This document shows, piece by piece, positions 60,384-64,000 of a stretch of DNA of 64,000 nt (the first letter of the stretch is position 1; each line of letters begins with the position of its first letter). The stretch lies in NCBI GenBank assembly GCA_963740355.1, contig CAVUDW010000001.1:64001-128000 (forward strand). Direction: 5' to 3'. The DNA is from an uncultured Gemmatimonadaceae bacterium (GTDB lineage: Bacteria; Gemmatimonadota; Gemmatimonadetes; Gemmatimonadales; Gemmatimonadaceae). The position numbers and the translations under genes are program-made. The notes beneath the pieces were generated by a model. It was given only the letters and a program-made list of their open reading frames with translations. It was not told where the DNA came from and did not search any database.

Positions 60384-61877
60384 GTGACCGTACGAAATCG
60401 TTGGCTCAGTGTACCTACTGCCGCGCTTCTGGTGCTCGCAGGGTGTGCGCCAGATGTTAGGCAACCCGCCGAGCCCGAGGCACCAGCGGCTTTTCCCGTC
60501 GTCGCCGCGGTGGCGAAGAAAGTCCGTGGATCGGAGGTTGGTGGAGATCGACTCGGCTGCCTCGTGCAACAGCGCGACGCGGCAGGTGGCTTGGTGCAAA
60601 CGCACATCGAGGGCCCGCAACTTCGGCTTGCGCCGAGACGTGGCGTCGTTCACTTGACGGAAGTTGCGGTCTCGGATGGCGTCACCGCACAATGCTTTTT
60701 AACGCGCCGCGATACGATCGCCCGGGTCACGAGCGCGCTCCGACGCGTCGACCTCACTGCGGCCGTTTGGACGCAAGGCCGAGCAACGTCGGCAAGTGCC
60801 GCGGCACGAGGCGGACTCGCCAGACAGTGGCTCACCGCGAAAATGAACGCACTCCTCGGAGCAGAGGCGAACACGCTGAAGACTGCTGGCGTCTCATTGA
60901 CGCTTGGCGGCCTCCCCGACTGCCCGACGGACGTGATCTACATCGCTGGCAGCTGTCGAGCGAGGATCCACGGAGTGGCTGGTGACTCGTACATCTGGCT
61001 CGACCTGTATGATATCACGTTCAAGATGAGCTACGCGCCTGTCGAGATGTCCGTCTATCTGCCCACCGAAGAGCAGGTCATTCAGTGGGCCATCTGCCAA
61101 TTCTCGAGTGACATGGCGCAGGAGATGGACGCGGCGGCGCAGGTCGTACGAGCTGAATCCGACCTCGAGGCTGCAGCTTTCGCCCAGTCGGGCGGCAGCA
61201 CAATCATGTGCGAGCATGTGATGAACGTCGGCAACCGCGAATTGTGCATCGACTTGTTTATTCAGGAGCGTCGGATCGGCGCACCATTTACGTTCGGAGC
61301 GATTGTGGGAATGGGAGACAATCGCGGTTTTGACCCAGACGCGCCGCGGAAGGAGTCGCGGGTCCAAATCAATATCGACCCGGAGACTCTCGCGCTCAAC
61401 GCGTTCATCAATGGCAGCACGGTCGAGATCCTGGGGGGGTGGACGCGGACGTATGGCGGCGACGGCACCGTTATCATCCAGAATGACGGCCCGAGCCACG
61501 ACTGGCCCGCGAACGTGCGGCAGTTGTCATTTTCGCGCCTTAACGGTGATCCGAACACCGCCGTTCTCCAATATAACGTCGCTAACAATGTGTGTGGAAA
61601 CTGGAGTCAGTGTCCCACGATCACGGGCCGCTGGGTGTTCAACAAGAACCCAGCAGGTGTATGGGTGGTAAATACTGCTCAATCACGAACCGACACGTTC
61701 CCGTCCCAGTCCGTGAACCGGTATGATCCGGCCGGTGGCGTATTCCGTAGCGTGTTGGAGATTCCGGAGGATGTGAAGGCGAAACTCAAGGGCTTGGACG
61801 ACTTCCAGCAGATTGACGGACGCATCCGCGCTGAGCAGACCAAACTCTTCATTGGGACAGGCTGCAACGGGATGTAG
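60384..61877 (+). CDS. Hypothetical Cys-rich lipoprotein with a DUF3238-like C-terminal region
   Basis: AGGAG RBS before the GTG at 60384, lipobox LAGC and a long clean ORF containing 'FI...GDNRGF...SRV'. Confidence 0.7.
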   Translation: MTVRNRWLSVPTAALLVLAGCAPDVRQPAEPEAPAAFPVVAAVAKKVRGSEVGGDRLGCLVQQRDAAGGLVQTHIEGPQLRLAPRRGVVHLTEVAVSDGVTAQCFLTRRDTIARVTSALRRVDLTAAVWTQGRATSASAAARGGLARQWLTAKMNALLGAEANTLKTAGVSLTLGGLPDCPTDVIYIAGSCRARIHGVAGDSYIWLDLYDITFKMSYAPVEMSVYLPTEEQVIQWAICQFSSDMAQEMDAAAQVVRAESDLEAAAFAQSGGSTIMCEHVMNVGNRELCIDLFIQERRIGAPFTFGAIVGMGDNRGFDPDAPRKESRVQINIDPETLALNAFINGSTVEILGGWTRTYGGDGTVIIQNDGPSHDWPANVRQLSFSRLNGDPNTAVLQYNVANNVCGNWSQCPTITGRWVFNKNPAGVWVVNTAQSRTDTFPSQSVNRYDPAGGVFRSVLEIPEDVKAKLKGLDDFQQIDGRIRAEQTKLFIGTGCNGM

Positions 61878-62113
61878 GAGCTGGGTCGCGGTGGTGGTTG
61901 TGGCCCAGCGACGTAACCATCCGGCGCTGGGTCACCGCCGAGCGATCTGCGTGGAACCCATGAGCAAGTAGCCAGCGCGTCTCGGCTCGCAGTTGCTCGT
62001 GACTTTGGACGGTGCCCTGCCGAATGCTCCATGCCAGCTTTGTCGCAGATGAGCATGGTGCTGCCGGTGCCACGGCCGCGGTAGAAGTCTTCTTTCGCTG
62101 TGAGAGTGTCGCG

Positions 62114-62611
62114 ATGTACAGCCGCGCCCTGAATTGGTGTCTCCGTCTCCTCCTCGACCTGTATGGTGAGTTCGCGCGATTCGCCTGCGCCTCCGCCATA
62201 GTGACCTGGGTGAGCACAGGAGCCCTGATGCTATTGAGCCGAAGCGTGACAATACGGAGTGCGCTCTTCAGGGACCCCAACGTCTCGTGTGCCACGCTAA
62301 CGGACTTTGTGGAGGTTGGCCGCACGATAGCGTATACGCTGCCGGTGCAGTTCTTCGCCTTTATTCCTATTCTTGCGGCAGTTCGCGTGCTGCAGTGGCG
62401 TGGTGCTCCAGCAATGGTGACGCGAGCTGGCGCAGCGGTCTTCTGCGCCGTACTGGCGGGCGTTGTCGACTTTGTGCTGATTGCCGGCGTCTATGCCAAC
62501 GTGCATGAATTCGGGGCGCTGATCGGTATTACGGGCGCCGCCATGTACGGACATTCGCGACTCAGCCAGCCGCTCGCGCCGCTGCACCACGACTTACGGT
62601 TTGGAAAGTAG
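62114..62611 (+). CDS. Hypothetical membrane protein (about 4 TM; start uncertain)
   Basis: Several hydrophobic segments; co-oriented downstream of the lipoprotein. Confidence 0.55.
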   Translation: MYSRALNWCLRLLLDLYGEFARFACASAIVTWVSTGALMLLSRSVTIRSALFRDPNVSCATLTDFVEVGRTIAYTLPVQFFAFIPILAAVRVLQWRGAPAMVTRAGAAVFCAVLAGVVDFVLIAGVYANVHEFGALIGITGAAMYGHSRLSQPLAPLHHDLRFGK

Positions 62612-62675
62612 CGTAGCGGCAGCGTGGGGCACACCGTCGCGACCTGCCGAACTACTGGGGGCTGATCGTACGGCA

Positions 62676-63974
62676 TTAGTCGCGGCAGTCCTGGCGGTAT
62701 GCGAGACCAGTGTGGCGAAGCTCTGCCAGAACTGAGCGCGACGTTGCGAGCTGTACCGCCATTCGATCGACAACCGTCTCGCGTGGAAGGTCGAGCGCTT
62801 GGCTCACGCCAGCGACAACTAAGGTGACGCTGCGCGCCGTGCCGGCCAATAAAAGCGAGCGCGGCAGGGTTCGGCAGTGCAGCACCGCCACTCGGTATGC
62901 AGCACCCAAAATATCAACGTCCTGCGCACCGTCCGTGTGCGTTGCAAAGGACAGTGTGTCAAAACGGATATCCTCCGAAAGCGCCTTGGCAAGCCGACGC
63001 TTGGCTTCAGACGCCGACGGCGAGTTGCTGAGCTCGAAGACCGAACGGCCTTGGGAGCCACCAATTGCCCGCGCGAGCGCTTCCTGCACGAAGTACGGGT
63101 AGAGATACGGCGCCTCGCGGTCCCGCAATGAGTGCGTCAGCGCCACGTGAGTCAGCTCGTGCGACGAGAAGCCAGCGCCCCGTGGCGCCATAAAGCTCAC
63201 GCTCGGCAGTTGTGCGGCAGCCACGGTGAAATCTCCGTAGTACCCGTCGCGCCAGCGAACTGGGAAGTGCTGTACAAATGACGCCGCACTGACAAAGGCC
63301 ACGATGAATGCGGGGCGTTTCGCCCGGCCGCCTACTATGTCTTCGATTTGTCTTAAGGTATCCGCGAGCGCGCGCGGAAGGTCGCTCGAGACTCCTGTCT
63401 CTGTGACGTAATTGACGGTGTCGATCTGGACCAGCCTCAGGGCGGCATTCATGTCTTGAATGCCATGCGGATCGAGGGGGCTAGGGAGCACACCGACGGC
63501 GCCCAAGCGGAATACGCCAGCGGCACGGCCGTCGATCGAGGCGCAGACAAGCGCGTTGAGCGAGGCATCTGGACCGTGCGCGTCAGCATCACTCGCGGTC
63601 CCGTAGGAGAGCTCCGTCCCTGGCGACTGTGACTGCAGCCAATACGCGAACAGGATTCTGTCGATCGTTGCGGTCCCATCCTTCAAGGTTGCGGGAGCGC
63701 CAAGCGATTCGTGCAAGAGCCGCGTCAAACGAGACGCGACGCTGTCTGGAAGGCGGGTCCGTGGGGTGTTCGCAACATGCGCGCAGCTGTCACCCCCAGA
63801 CTGCGTCGGCAAAACTCTGGCTTGGGTCGCAGGGCTTCGTGCCATGCCCGTCTGCAAGCAACCGGTGACCACAAATGCGAGGGCGACGCGCAAACCTCCG
63901 TGAGATGGCCGGGCCCACATGACAGTTGCCCGCATCAGACGCACGATGCGAGGCGCGTTGAGAGTGCTGCGCAT
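62676..63974 (-). CDS. Hypothetical lipoprotein with an HExxH zinc-metallopeptidase motif (start uncertain)
   Basis: Possible lipobox VTGC, 'SHELTHVAL' and a downstream 'FVQEALA'. Confidence 0.65.
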   Translation of the reverse strand: MRSTLNAPRIVRLMRATVMWARPSHGGLRVALAFVVTGCLQTGMARSPATQARVLPTQSGGDSCAHVANTPRTRLPDSVASRLTRLLHESLGAPATLKDGTATIDRILFAYWLQSQSPGTELSYGTASDADAHGPDASLNALVCASIDGRAAGVFRLGAVGVLPSPLDPHGIQDMNAALRLVQIDTVNYVTETGVSSDLPRALADTLRQIEDIVGGRAKRPAFIVAFVSAASFVQHFPVRWRDGYYGDFTVAAAQLPSVSFMAPRGAGFSSHELTHVALTHSLRDREAPYLYPYFVQEALARAIGGSQGRSVFELSNSPSASEAKRRLAKALSEDIRFDTLSFATHTDGAQDVDILGAAYRVAVLHCRTLPRSLLLAGTARSVTLVVAGVSQALDLPRETVVDRMAVQLATSRSVLAELRHTGLAYRQDCRD

Positions 63975-64000
63975 GTTTGAGGGGCGAATGCGGAGGAGGG

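Noticed and set aside
1..64000. tRNA, rRNA, riboswitch, transposase or integrase
   Set aside because: No cloverleaf/T-loop signature or mobility-gene motif was recognised in the intergenic gaps or ORFs by eye. A covariance-model scan would be needed to exclude small RNAs.

Overview
High-GC bacterial chromosome segment. Gene content and order suggest Gemmatimonadota, which is an inference I cannot verify. 1-11.7 kb is a Wzx/Wzy surface-polysaccharide locus (flippase, chain-length protein, GT4, AsnB-type amidotransferase, polymerase/ligase, CapD-like dehydratase, UDP-glucuronate epimerase, gmd). 11.8-55.3 kb is mostly minus-strand core genes: hflX, rarA, CCA enzyme, asparaginase, gmhA, alaS, recX, recA, yraN, ftsK, comB, accC, pilT-like, accB, aroQ, SurA-like PPIase, tatA/tatC, prenyl synthase, radical SAM, LptD-like and tol-pal. 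Three otherwise intact core genes (gmhA, cpoB, tolA/tonB-like) each carry a single-base frameshift, most likely assembly errors. The most notable observations are: (1) a hybrid histidine kinase with all seven ETR1 ethylene-binding residues at exact spacing; (2) dispersed type IV pilus/polarity-like genes (PilT-like inside accB-accC, an SgmX-like TPR protein, a TsaP-like LysM protein); (3) a repeat mosaic between ftsK and yraN; (4) a probable ATC start codon for hflX; (5) an accessory region at 57.8-64 kb with a true pseudogene, a lipoprotein with a DUF3238-like tip plus a membrane partner, and an HExxH lipoprotein. I saw no rRNA, tRNA, CRISPR array, transposase or integrase. All family assignments come from motif recognition by eye; no searches were run.
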